A DNA stretch of 64,000 bases from Chara braunii (Eukaryota; Plantae; Charophyceae). Where the stretch lies: positions 11,188,717-11,252,716 of the forward strand of contig BFEA01000001.1 in the NCBI GenBank assembly GCA_003427395.1, written 5' to 3'. The position numbers and the translations under genes were made by a program. Below, piece after piece: positions 51,515-64,000 of the stretch. Each line of letters begins with the position of its first letter. Positions within the stretch are counted from its first letter, which is position 1. The notes beneath the pieces were generated by a model. The model did not search any database. It saw only the letters and a program-made list of their open reading frames with translations, and was not told where the DNA came from.

Positions 51515-52286
51515 ATCCAGCGGCAGTTGGTAAGGCACGCAAGTGGCATTCAGGAGGTCTTGGGTTCAATCCCCGTTGGCCTCATGCACCTTCCTGGGCA
51601 AGCTTGGCGCCCGCCACCTAGAGATATGCTGTTGGCCCCCCCGAGTGGCATTGAGCAGAGATTGCCGATGTTCATAGGGGGAGGGGACCGGAGGGGAGGC
51701 ACAATGACTGGCCCATCAAAGAAGCTCGGTCCCGATGCTACCGGCTGACCCCTGGCCGGTATCGCCCACCTGCTGTAGCAGGTATCGCACCTGCTGGTGG
51801 GTGCAGCTCCCGCATGTTNNNNNNNNNNNNNNNNNNNNNNNNNNNNNNNNNNNNNNNNNNNNNNNNNNNNNNNNNNNNNNNNNNNNNNNNNNNNNNNNNN
51901 NNNNNNNNNNNNNNNNNNNNNNNNNNNNNNNNNNNNNNNNNNNNNNNNNNNNNNNNNNNNNNNNNNNNNNNNNNNNNNNNNNNNNNNNNNNNNNNNNNNN
52001 NNNNNNNNNNNNNNNNNNNNNNNNNNNNNNNNNNNNNNNNNNNNNNNNNNNNNNNNNNNNNNNNNNNNNNNNNNNNNNNNNNNNNNNNNNNNNNNNNNNN
52101 NNNNNNNNNNNNNNNNNNNNNNNNNNNNNNNNNNNNNNNNNNNNNNNNNNNNNNNNNNNNNNNNNNNNNNNNNNNNNNNNNNNNNNNNNNNNNNNNNNNN
52201 NNNNNNNNNNNNNNNNNNNNNNNNNNNNGCATGTTCCCTCGTTGGAGGCTTGAGCACGGATGTGGCTGCTACGGGGTTTCCTGTAA
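51515..52286 (+). mobile_element. Second tRNA-derived SINE copy, spanning an N gap
   Basis: Homologous to 51045-51376 on both sides of the gap; partial A-box deletion; GGTTCAATCCC at 51563. Confidence 0.75.
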
Positions 52287-52373
52287 TACTATAATGACAA
52301 TAAAAAAGGCTTGAAAGGTCGTCCTGTCCAGATTTGACAGGTAGTTGAATTCGTTGGGCTTAAAAGAATTAGC

Positions 52374-52408
<35 letters not shown>

Positions 52409-54881
52409 AAAGAAAACAAACAAACAAAACATAAAAACACTGTAAAACCCTAATACGAAAACACTTTCCGAGTTAAAATGAAGCGTTTAAAAAAATAAAA
52501 ATAAAAAAAATGAAGCGTTCAACAAACCCAAAGACAAGCCAATTTTTTCATTACCGATCCAAACATGTCAAAACTGGAAACATGACATACCCTAAAGCAC
52601 CTACGTATAAAAAAAAAAAAAAAACAGACAAGAAGCAAACAACCAGGCCAATATATTAGTTTCAGTGCAAAATTCGATGAAAAAAAGGTTGTCCTGTCCA
52701 GATTGGACAGGTAATTGAATTGGTTGGGCTTAAAAGAACTAGTCTCTGAAAAAAAAAAAAAAAAAAGGATGGGATTTGCCTGTGTACCTACGCCGAGGTC
52801 TGACTCGCAAGGAGGGTTTCATAATGCACCTCAATCAATATGTATTTTACGCAGAGATGCAACAAACCAGACCAATTTCCATATTTAGCATGTCCATGGT
52901 CGCCACTAGCCCACTCGAGAAGAATATCCAATATTTTTTTCATCCCTCGAGAGGCATGAAGCGTTTTTAGGATTGAGAACACTCTGAAAAACTTATGGTG
53001 ACCTTAGAGAGTGATCTCTAAAAAAAAAAAATGTTGTTTGCTAGAACAACTACACACTTACTAGTACTTGTTTTTTTAGTATTTGAACTTCAATTAAAGA
53101 TATGCGGCGTACTATCATTATAGCATAAGTAAACGGTAATAAATAAGTTAATCCTCTCAGTTTGCGCATATCTTGTTCATTAGACATTGCATGAATTACA
53201 GAACCTGCACTCATGTTTTTTTATGATTGCTTCGTTAAGTGGCTTCCTAGAAGCATAAATTCTTTATCAAATTAAATAAAATGGAGCTTATAAAAATGAT
53301 TTTTTTTTGATTTTTTTTAATCATAGACGTTAGATACAAACCTAGTACTAATCCACAAAGTTTCATACTTATCTTCAAATTATGATTTAATCATGATAGA
53401 AAACTATAAAGGAGGCACGCGAAGATAGACTCAAGTTAGTGCAAAGTGCACTTGTAATGATCAAAGTTTGCCCAACTGTGAGACCTACAAGTCGAACAGA
53501 GACGAAAGTTGGTCATAGTGGTCCGGAGTGTCCGTGTGGAATGGTTCTCGCTAAGCAGATTAAAGGTATATTGGGATAATAAGTTCATGACTCTCAAAAA
53601 CTTGTATCTATGAAGTCGTTGGACACCTTAGCATCTTGGGGTAACCGCTCATTATCCAGGGAGGTTGATCATGTGATTGCATATTCGTCCGCACTTCATG
53701 TCTGGTTGTCGATGGTGAATGTGCGTGTAATGTAAATTTGCACGTCTTTCTGCCTTACTGACGAAAGTTTGAGATCCACGATTATCAAAATGTGTCTTCG
53801 TACTTAGTAATTTGAATTATATTTTTTGAATTACATTTTATGAGTTGAACATAGTTTGTTTGTTTGTTTTTTTAACTCATTTCATTGGAGAAAATTACTA
53901 AAACTCATTTTGTCAATGGTTTGAATCCGCTTCTAACACAGACAACCTAAATTTCTTAACAAACTCAGGGAACTTGATGAACTTGTATAGTAAGTAGCCT
54001 AAGAACGGATCGAATCATCCTCTAATTTACACACATCTTGTTCATCAAACATTGCATAAATCGCATAACTTGCACTAAAAAGAAGTAATGCCTTTAAAAA
54101 AAAGTGGTTCATCGGACTAAATACAATCGCAAAATAATGAAAGACACCACAAATCAATAATATATAACCTTATTGGCTACGAGTAAAATAAGCCGGAGCA
54201 ATGACCATTTACACTAGATCAACCTCCTAAGATACAAATAGGTATTAAGAACATAATCAATATCATCAAGAATAAATAAAATCTCATATAAACCTATATA
54301 AAAATGAATATTTGAATCATCATATTATTTCGACATAAAATTCTCGAATTGTATCCAAAAGAACAAAGAATACAGTAAAAAATATATCATTTTTTTTTTT
54401 TTTAATGTAGAACACTCATCAATATATGGTGGTCGATTGTATCGAAGCATTTGGACCTTCGGCCTTCTATATATCAGGCAACCATCTCTCAATTATTGTA
54501 TCTGTTTCAAATAAGTATATTGCAAAAATTAAAACTCACCAACCTTTTGCAAATTCAAAACGACTCTATAATAGTTCGATTCAAACTCAAAAAAAATAAA
54601 TGAAATGAAAGAGTGAGTGTCATACGTCATTGTGGCGCCCTTGAACCACAATGACGGTGATTAAAATTGCTCACCAATCCATCATCTGCTTACTTTCACA
54701 AAATCTCTCTGTTGAGTAACCTCTACCATCATGAATGTTATTATAATGTACAATAACATGAACTTGGTCAGAAAAATCTAATATTGAAAGGTTGTTGACC
54801 TCGATGTCCACTCTCCGGATTTTGCATCAAAAATTTGTTTAGCGTAAAATATCACTGTATTCGAGGAGTGAAAGAATTTAA

Positions 54882-55655
54882 ACCACCAGTACCTCCGAGC
54901 CTGTTTTTGTCGACCCTGATTTTCACTGCGCTCTGAGTTTTGCCGAGCCTGGGTCCCACTCCATTTCTTTATGGTACTCTCATGGGAGATGTGTAAAAAA
55001 AAAGAGAGAGAGAGAGACAGAGAGCTTACTACTTGCCGACTTGCGACCTGACTGAGCGAAGCCCATCTCCCGGCGCTGCTTGCCCGCATAATCGGTTCGC
55101 ACACTCGACCCCTTCGGTTTATCAGCCAAGCTCGGTATATAGAACCTCACCTTAGCCTTTCCCCCCCCGAAGGATCCGGATAGAGGAGACTGTGTTGTGA
55201 GCCGCGAACGAAGGATGATGGTGCAGGGTCAGCGGAGTGAATAGTTTGCCGCGGGGAAGGGCGAGGAGGCGTNNNNNNNNNNNNNNNNNNNNNNNNNNNN
55301 NNNNNNNNNNNNNNNNNNNNNNNNNNNNNNNNNNNNNNNNNNGGATTCCGCGCTGCCTCGTTGGCAGGGGACACATAACAAACAAAAGAGAAAAAAAAAA
55401 AAAAAAAAAAACAAGTTTCAGAATGTGACCGTTTTTGTTGTAAGATACATTCAAGACTGTAGCACGACCTCCTAAACTACCCTGCCCGACATCATTGCAG
55501 TACAAAGGCCTTTGTTTTTTTTCTTTTTCTTTCCTGCACGGGTAAAAGAAAACTATGATTTTTGGGACATTGCCGCCCCTGTGTCCGAACCCCGAAAACT
55601 TCGGGTACTAACCAGGACAACGTAATTTCCCAACACTGGCAGAGGTGCTGGTGGT
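54882..55655. mobile_element. TTAA-flanked non-autonomous DNA transposon, longest paired copy
   Basis: TTAA-ACCACCAGTACCTC...GAGGTGCTGGTGGT-TTAA. Confidence 0.8.
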
Positions 55656-58600
55656 TTAAGGAAAATCAAAATATAGTGCAAAAAATGCAAAATTGAATTA
55701 TAAGCTGGAAAAAAAAAAAAAACTCTATTTTTTTGAGCATTTTATTCTAGATAATTTTGAAGTACAACAATTACGTTTAAACTCGTGCGTTAAATCGAAA
55801 TTTATTTATTGTGCGATCTCACCCTAAAGGCCAAGTCCAACTAGCGAAGTCCTAAGAGCGGTGTCGTACCAAATACCCTTACAAGGGTGTTTGGCGTGGT
55901 TTATGCAAGTCGCATTAGTGCAGCCTCGTCCGCTCGATAGCGCGAGTACGAGAGGAAGTTTAGGTCCTCGCCGAGGTGAGCGGCGCGCGCGGGGTATCGA
56001 CGGCGGGGCACAACTATGCGCGGCCCAGGCGGGCGCGTCGTTGCAGTCCAGCGTGTCCCCTCGTGTTATTTTTATTTTTATTTCTGTTATTTTTACTAAC
56101 GACTTTGACTCGGTGATCGGATCCGGGGTCAACGTCGGGACTGACGAGCCTAGCCTAGTGGCTACATCACCGGCTGTTGGTGGCCGATACGGCAGTCAAG
56201 GACCTTGACCACGTACTTCGTCGGGCCCGTTCGGGTTCCTGCGTATTTGGAGTGCTGGCGAAATTTTTCCATCCCACCCGCGTTGAAGCACAGACCGAAG
56301 CGGCCAACGTGCGTGGAAGTGGCGGGGTCCGTGGTCGCGGCCTCCCTCGTTTCCCACTTGGAGAGCGCCGATATCCTAAAAGTGGAAGGGAAATTGAGAA
56401 CGTTCTATGCTAGCCGGTGGGTGATTTGGACTATACTCGGGGGCATAGTTTGGGGAGTTTATTTTAGCGATGGCCATACGGGACCCGACTCCACTTCGGT
56501 TTTCAAAGTTCCCTTATAATTTTTTGTCGCTACCACCAAGATCTTTACCCAGACCCATGTCGTAGGCTCTGCAGTGAGGCCGTGCCCTTATACTCGTCAC
56601 GGCGTCGGAGCCACTACGTCGGCCAAGCATAGACCTGGTGTTGCAGTGTCGCCACTACGTCGGCCAAGCATAGACCTGGTGTTGCAGTGTCATTCGTTTT
56701 CGGGGCCGATTGATTCGGTAGGTGAAATGTTACACACTCCCTACCGATACACGCTCTTCAACAAATCTCGACTCCCTCAACCACTGCCCAGTCGTCGTCC
56801 GTTAGGGGTACCTGGGTTTGCGTGCAGGTTGGCACTGATGAGGGGTAGGGGTCGAAGCTAGTGCTGCCAGCTTAGGCGTAGGGGTGAAAAACGATATGAA
56901 CCGTGTGGTAACCAGGCTCCTTCCAAGATCGACTCGAGGTGACCGGAGTCTCAAAGCACTACCAACTTCCTACGGGAGAGACTGGACACTTCCTAGAGTA
57001 GCGCTAGCAAAAATCAGGAGCAAGCTAACGGAGGCGGACGTGGAGCGAGGTAGGGGAGGACGTTGGCGAAGGTGAATACTGGCGGAAGCGGTTCGATTGG
57101 TAAAAAGGGAAGGAGTGAACCTAGCGCGAGCAGGCGCCAGGGTGCATTTATAGACAGAGGTAGTGAGAGAAGAAGATGAGGGTGGAGTGTAAGGAAAGAG
57201 GCGAAAAGAGGCCAATGAAGGGAAAACTGAATCTAGCCGAGAAATTGCGCTAGGTACAGTCGAAGTCTGGAGATGGCGGAGGATAAAGTCTATAACTCGC
57301 TTGATTCTTAACAGAATCAGGCGCGAAAAGACTCATAGCAAGGTCTTGAAGACAGACGAATCCATCTTTGATGTTAGTTTTAGCTCTAGGTTAGTAGATT
57401 AGGAGGTTAGCAGTCAACGTCGTGCGCAGGGACTTTGCGAAAGTGGATATGGCCATGTGAGGAAAGTAAAGATTTCGCTCGTTTCCTGATGAAAACGAGC
57501 AAGAGAGGAGTCATTTCGAAGGTTATGAGTGATGGCGAATTTGATTATGAAGTCAGTTTTGGCATTAAGTTAGTGTAGGAGGAGATTGTAGGAAGGAGAG
57601 TTGCGCAGACGTGTTGAGAAGCGAACATGGCAGGGAGCGAAAGTTCGCATAACACGGTCATTTTTCGACCGATTTCGTCGATCTAAAAGATTGTGCTGAT
57701 GGTTTGGGACATTACGATTGAGATGGTGCTGTTAATTAGAGTACCAAGTTAGTATTTCTACGGATACATCCTTTATGAGCTGCGCCGGGGTAGGAAGGTT
57801 GAAAAACATCGATGAACATACCCCTATTCTCGCAAAAGATTCATTCCAATTGTACTTAAATATATCGGTGGGAGTAACCTCTCTCTACCCATCGATGCGC
57901 ATGGATAGAGGGACACTGTGAAAGAGAGTAGAAAGGGTATGAAGTTGGGCTTGCCTCGAAGAGAGAGAGAGAGAGGGGAACGAGGATAGAGCAAGTGAAC
58001 CTGTTCGGGGGCATCGACCAAGGGCATTGGAAAGTACAGGTGGTCGAACTTTCCCGTTATGGCAGTGTTGTTTTTGCTGCCCGCGATGATGCTTGTTGGG
58101 CCGTGATCTTCATCGGCACAACTTCATTCCCTGTTGTTCACTGCCTGTTGTTAAACGAACCCGACATGGAAAGTGGCCAGGTGTGTTCGTGAACCAAGGG
58201 TTGAGCAGCGGGCGGAACGAACGCAGCAGAGAGAGGGAAGAGGGTAGAGACTTACCAACGGATGGTGCCTTGTCCACCCCAGCGACAAAGTAGCAAAGAT
58301 GCGAGTGCGGGATCACAGACTTACCTATCGTTGTCCGATTTTTCTCGTTCTGTCATTGGGAATAGCGTGAAGCCAGCCGTAAGATCGGAGGCTTACCTGC
58401 AGAATGATATGTCGTGCCTACAGGCCTTCCGCCTTCAGCCACACTGTCCGCCTGCTACACTACCTGCTCGGTTGTTCCCTCAGTTGCCTCCCCTGAGCCG
58501 TCGTGAGTTGTCCGACCAACTGTGGCCACTACTACGACTAGGAGGCGAGGTCAGGAGCATGAGGGAGTGGGAGGGAGTGAGTGCAGCAAGAAAAAGGCAG

Positions 58601-61600
58601 TGAGCAGCGAGGTTGAGGACCTACCTACTTGCCGGTACGCTGCACATCTCACCATACGGTGTAGCGGGAGGCTTATCACGGGACCGAAGACTCATCCGCT
58701 AGCCGATGCGCTGCCTATGGCACCAAGCCAGGCACTCGCAGACAGATAGTAAGATGCAGGCTTACATGTNNNNNNNNNNNNNNNNNNNNNNNNNNNNNNN
58801 NNNNNNNNNNNNNNNNNNNNNNNNNNNNNNNNNNNNNNNNNNNNNNNNNNNNNNNNNNNNNNNNNNNNNNNNNNNNNNNNNNNNNNNNNNNNNNNNNNNN
58901 NNNNCGGGACCGAAGACTCATCCGCTAGCCGATGCGCTGCCTATGGCACCAAGCCAGGCACTCGCAGACAGATAGTAAGATGCAGGCTTACATGTTGGTC
59001 GATACGCTATTCAGATATACTTCTTTGGCTGGGGAGCTGTTCATTTTGTCAGCAGAAGTAGCGAAGGGGCAGAACGTGAGTTGAAGACATTCTTACTAGT
59101 CATGTGCTGCCTATCTCATAGGAGTGGTAGACGCAGCGGGCCAACCACGGAGGTGGCAGACCTACCTGCTGGCCGACGAACTACCCAGCCTGTCAGATGG
59201 AGTAACGTGAGGAGTGAGCCGTTGAGATTTGAATACTAGTGCAGGTCAGATTCGGATAGAGCGAGGGGCATGCCTACTCGAATATCATGGCAGTTTTGGC
59301 CAAAAGTTGAAAACTCTGTGATTTGAAGGATGACCATGCTTTGCAGACAGGCTATGTACTACCAAGATCGGTAAGGGGAGACGACACTGCGGTCTAGGGA
59401 ATGGATCAGGCTACGAAAGAGGGGTTATTATTGCAACTTGGGGGGGCCGTCAGAGTGCCGACTACACGGTTTTTAGGAGTGGTTTGACTTCGTCTGGTTG
59501 ACCTGTTGTGCGTTTTGGTCATCATTGCGGGGCCCTCAGGCGAGTGAAGGTATCATAGCCCTCTCCTGGGAGTTGAGTTTGTCCCCCTCCTGTATCTCGA
59601 GAGTATGAAACCCCTTCTTATGCCCTTCTTAATCTCAGTCTAATCTTGGTTCTGAGAGGAAGGCGGCAGGCGGGATTACAACTTGTAGGACCGCAACAAG
59701 ACTCTATGGGGAGTCTGCCCACCGATTGCGGGAGCTCTACCGGAACTCAAAAGGAGTTCTGGAGGCAGGGAACAGGAAGGTAACCATTGCTTCCTTCTAT
59801 AGACCCAGTATAACCCCTATCTGTGTTTCTTGCTATGGTTGACTGAGTATATTGCTTGCATCCCTACTTTGATTTTCAGTTTGACTTTCAGGACATGAAC
59901 CAGACTAAGTAAAGGAATGTATGCGCAATGTCAGTTTCACTTTCATTGTTTGGCTGAAAGAAGATTGTGGGATTGCATCTGGGGCAAGGATGAGAGAAAC
60001 GCAATATTGCATGACTTTGACTGGGTCAACTAAAGGCTGGACAAGTCTCCATAAGTTTGAGGAGACTCAGTGCTTTGTTTGTTTTTAAATTGCATGGAGG
60101 ACCAGACATGTTCCATAAGTATGGGTGGTCTGGTTGCTCTGACTTGCGAGGGTTGTTTGTGCTTGATTTTTTAGGAACCAGGCACTGTCCCATAAGTTTG
60201 GGTGGCTTGGTTGCCTTGTTGACTTTAGGTTTATTTTAGTTTCTTTTGGTTCTGAACGAGGAGGTCTGAGCATGTTCCATAAGTTTGGATGACTCAGCCT
60301 CTTCCTGCTTTGGCTTTAAGAAAAATAATTAGGCTGAGGACCAAACATGTTCCATAAGTTTGGGTGGTCTTGGTCCAATGCCACGCACATGCTGAAACCA
60401 AAAAGATATAACTTGGTTATATTTTATTATTATTTTATCTATAAACAGGCTAGTCGGACAGGGTTCCATAAGTTTGGGTGGTCTGACTATAGCTTATCAC
60501 AAACTGAAGAAAGTATGAATTAAGAATAAATTTGTAGTACGAAGGGACAAACTGAATCTTGAGCTAAAAATGATCGGTTCAGTTATATGCTACCTCAAAA
60601 GACTAAGTGCAGATAATTATATAAAACTTGGATACTTAAACAGTTCAGGGCGACTAGGGTGACCTAGTCATATGCCCAAAGAAGAGAAAAGTTGTTGTGT
60701 CTTGTGTTTGTGTATATTAACGCCCCCCATCTCTTTATGGTTTGAAATATATATGTATACATATGTATATGCGCAAGTGTGCCACTTTGGCGGCAAACGG
60801 GTGTGTGGGCACTTCGCGATGAGCCACACAAACGTGGCCAACCTTGCATTTTCTATTATAATGCCTATCTATAGATTGAAAAAGTTCAAAAAACTATATA
60901 TATATATCGTCAAATAGAATATAGGTGCAAGTGTGCCGCTTCGGCAGCAAACGGGCGTGTGGGCACTTCCTGCTCAACGACACAAACGTGGGGAATCTTG
61001 CACCTTCTATTATATTGCCCGCCTATACTTTTTTTTGTTCTATGGATGGTTTGTGCTGATTTGTGGATGGAATGAGAGAGAGAATTCGGAGGTTTTCAGA
61101 ACACACACACAGTGATTTCATTATGTTATAGTTTGAACTAACTATATTGCTTTTGCCTTGTCTATATGGCTGACCTCTTGGTTTTGTTTCAGAAGTCTAA
61201 GTCTTGTGGTGGCGGTCACCGTAAGGGCGCGGTTTCTTTCCCTTTCCTTCCGCGCAGTGAGTATAGTTAGCTCCCCACCCAAGGTGTGCCAAACTCAGGT
61301 GCGGAGTACTCCTGTTCATCTCACCCTTACAGGACGTTCTCCTTGACATAAACCTTGTACACAGAGCTCCAGATGATGATCGGACACTCCTTCCTAACAG
61401 AATTGCTAGTCCTGTTGTCCCCGGCGTCTAGGGCGGTTGCCCAGAGCATACTCACAGGTGGAGGCATTCTGTGTACTAGTCGAGTCATCGCTTAGGAGAC
61501 TTTGTGGCGAGTGCCTCCTGCAAGGGACGTCGGCAGCCTCCCCGTGCTGAGCCGACGGGCCTAAAACCCTGGACCGAGGCTTTACCCTTATGCTACACTA

Positions 61601-61898
61601 CCTTTTTCTACTTTTTGAAAATAATTTCCTGATTTTGAAAAATACCATCTATTCACCTGGGTGGAGTTGGGGCTGTTGTGGGAAAAATCTAAAACACACA
61701 CGCACACACATACATGTGCATCAGACACGGGGGTGTGGCCGCCGGTGCAGCTTTTGAACGACTGGCAGCCACCTTAAGTACAAGTGCGGCTGATCAGCCT
61801 CCGTTACCTGCATCTGACCCACCCATTTCTCCCCCACCTGACCTCGCATGCTCCCCAGCCCCAATGGAGAGAAGGCTAACAACAGTCGTATTTTTCAT

Positions 61899-62295
61899 CA
61901 CCACTTCAGGATGCAACCTGCCTAAACATGTGATTTTCAGGGTCTTCAGACCTTTCACCACTTCAGGACCATTCAGGTCTGAAAATCATGAATGGTCCTG
62001 AAGTGGTGAAAACTCCGAAGACCCTGAAAACCACCTGCTTAGGCAGGTTGCATCCTCAAGTGGTGAAGGGTGGTTTTCATGGTCTTCGGACCTTTCACCA
62101 CTTCAGGACCATTTAGGATTTTCAGACTGCCAAAAACTCTCACTTGACCACTTCAGGACACCCTTCACCACTTCAGGATGCAGCCCTGCCTAAACAGGTG
62201 GTTTTCAGGGTCTTCGGACCTTTCACCACTTCAGGACCATTCAGGATTTTCAAACTGCCCAAAACTCTCACTTCAGAATTTTCATTCCTGAATTT
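61899..62295. repeat. Foldback plus direct-repeat cassette
   Basis: 61899-61976 is nearly the reverse complement of 61989-62065; caccacttcagga repeated many times to about 62280. Confidence 0.85.
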
Positions 62296-62324
62296 TCAGC
62301 TACCCGATAACCGCTTGTGCCCCA

Positions 62325-63860
62325 ATGGTCAATGATCTGCCTTCCGACCATTTGACGAAGCCTCCGAATGAAGATGACCTCTCTCTGGGCCGTGTGCTAG
62401 AGTCAATGCAAACAGAGGAACCTGACAAAAATGATCAAGACCACAATGAATCTCCATCTGTCGTGCAATCCACAGAATTGAATGAAGTGCCCCCCGCCGC
62501 ACAACCAGCATAATTAGATGATCGCATAGTATTACAGCGAGGCCATTGTGCATACTATGCTATCAATGTAAGTTTCCTCGCTTACAATTATAACCCTTAC
62601 ACGGATTCTGATTCCGCCAATATTGTCTGCTGGATAGAAGAAGAGCACCATGTTGTCTGCCCAGAGGATGACAATACTGGTCCTGGAGTGAACATAGAAG
62701 TCTTGTCTATGACATTTATGGGTAGAAGACGACAAGTGCAACCTGCTCCCTAGAACCACATGCCAGACATGGACTCAAATATTCGCGTGTACATCCTGCA
62801 TCGTCCAGGTCATTTCAACGCTGTGACCTTTGCAGATAATTCATGGGCCTTATGGGACAAAGGCAATAGGGTGCACACAGTAAGTATCATTGACTCTTTC
62901 TATAACAAAGTAGCAAATACTTAGTCAATTTGGATTTCCGTCAGGAGCAATATGTTACTTCGCACCCGCAAGCGCTTCAGTCTCTGGAGATCAATCCAGA
63001 TCCACAATCTCCTCCTTCCCCTGCACATGGCCAAGTAGTGTCCTCTCCCTGTGTAGATCGGACAGATTCTGCTCCAAACAATGAAAAACCCCCCTCAGAA
63101 GATGTTGGTTGTGCCCTTCCATTCTGTGGCCACACAACCACAGTTCAGTAAGCATGCACAATGCATAGTCTCTGCTCCAAACACTATGAAGGGATGATCA
63201 CTGCCAGCCTTGGTCGTGAAAACTGTGACTCTTTGTCTCGTCTTCATCCCGCCCACCCCCTAATAGCTTGCCCAATATGCCATTGTGGCTTTAATCTGTG
63301 AACGTCGGTCTGCCTTCCTGCTGACATGTCAGCAACATTCCATATGTCATCAATGTTTCCAAGAACCTGTCATAGAAAGCATGTGTCTCTACTGCGTGGA
63401 CTATCCACGATGCCATCAGCCACCACATCCTTTCTTAGCATATCCCACATGCAAAGTTGGGCATACACTTGCTGCAAACGACATTGGATTTCCTTCTTTC
63501 TTGCCTGACAAACGGCAAAGTCAGCAGTCTGAGCAGCGAAATAGAGTACCATATGAACCACTTATAGAGCGTTGTGCTAAAGGGCTAACACCACCAGGAT
63601 GAACTATTGCAGAACAAATCCCGCAGCAGCTACACAACCTTGTTTTGGATGACCCCCTCTTGCCACAGTCGTCGTTGTCATTGGTCCATAGAGAAGGATT
63701 CAATGTCGAGGAAACCCAAGACACCAGCTCAATGTCGTTCTGTGATGATCCACCTGAGATTCAGCTAGCATGTGGGTTGTATGCATTGTGTCATGACGAT
63801 TTTGAAGGTACAGCCCGTGCGTCTTTTTGTTTTCCTACATACAAGTGGAACCCGCCACAG
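62325..63860 (+). pseudogene. Decayed Josephin-like cysteine protease followed by three RING-like Cys/His repeats; member of a dispersed repeat family
   Basis: One frame at 62514-62880 reads LQRGHCAYYAINV...IVCWIEEE...EDDNTGPGVNIEVLSM...YILHRPGHFNAVTFADNSWALWD, with stops at 62511 and 62751. Downstream: CALPFC..ACTMHSLCSKH..LIACPIC; LTCQQHSICHQC..YPTC; SFCDDPPEIQLACGLYALC. Confidence 0.6.
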
Positions 63861-63911
63861 CTACGCCGTGGCGCACAACAACACTCGCTGATGGCGTTTT
63901 ATTTTTGTTTC

Positions 63912-63979
<68 letters not shown>

Positions 63980-64000
63980 TTCTTCCCATGTTGTGCTTGG

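Noticed and set aside
58680-58995. About 90-bp direct repeat flanking an N gap
   Set aside because: Identical sequence on both sides of a gap most likely reflects unmerged contig overlap.
60045-60485. CRISPR array
   Set aside because: Degenerate repeats, irregular spacing, no cas genes, eukaryotic context.
55810-61600. LTR retrotransposon
   Set aside because: No paired LTRs, PBS/PPT or gag/pol motifs could be identified.
62568-62637. GTAAGT...AG intron within the protease-like region
   Set aside because: The unspliced frame is open and keeps Josephin-like spacing; splicing would shift the frame.

Overview
Eukaryotic, repeat-rich draft-assembly DNA with many N gaps and one leftover Nextera adapter. 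The plant-type proteins and multi-kb TE-filled introns suggest a streptophyte alga such as Chara (inference). Host genes: the last four exons of a plant alpha/beta-hydrolase (+, 4364-20599), an intronless tocopherol cyclase VTE1 (-, 34837-36462), and one isolated cytochrome b561/DOMON-type exon (+, 28053-28190). The rest is mostly mobile DNA: degenerate L1/Tx1-like LINEs sharing structured 3' tails, a long non-coding poly(A)-tailed family with the same tail, poly(A)-only insertions with TSDs, three MITE types (TA, TWA/CWG and TTAA target sites), tRNA-derived SINEs, a U2 snRNA retro-pseudogene and many micro/minisatellites. Two things stand out. One is a dispersed family, three pieces each next to (CA)n, encoding a decayed Josephin-like cysteine protease followed by tandem RING-like fingers. 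The other is a short repeat in (TA)n tracts carrying a minimal hammerhead-ribozyme core, as in Penelope-like elements.
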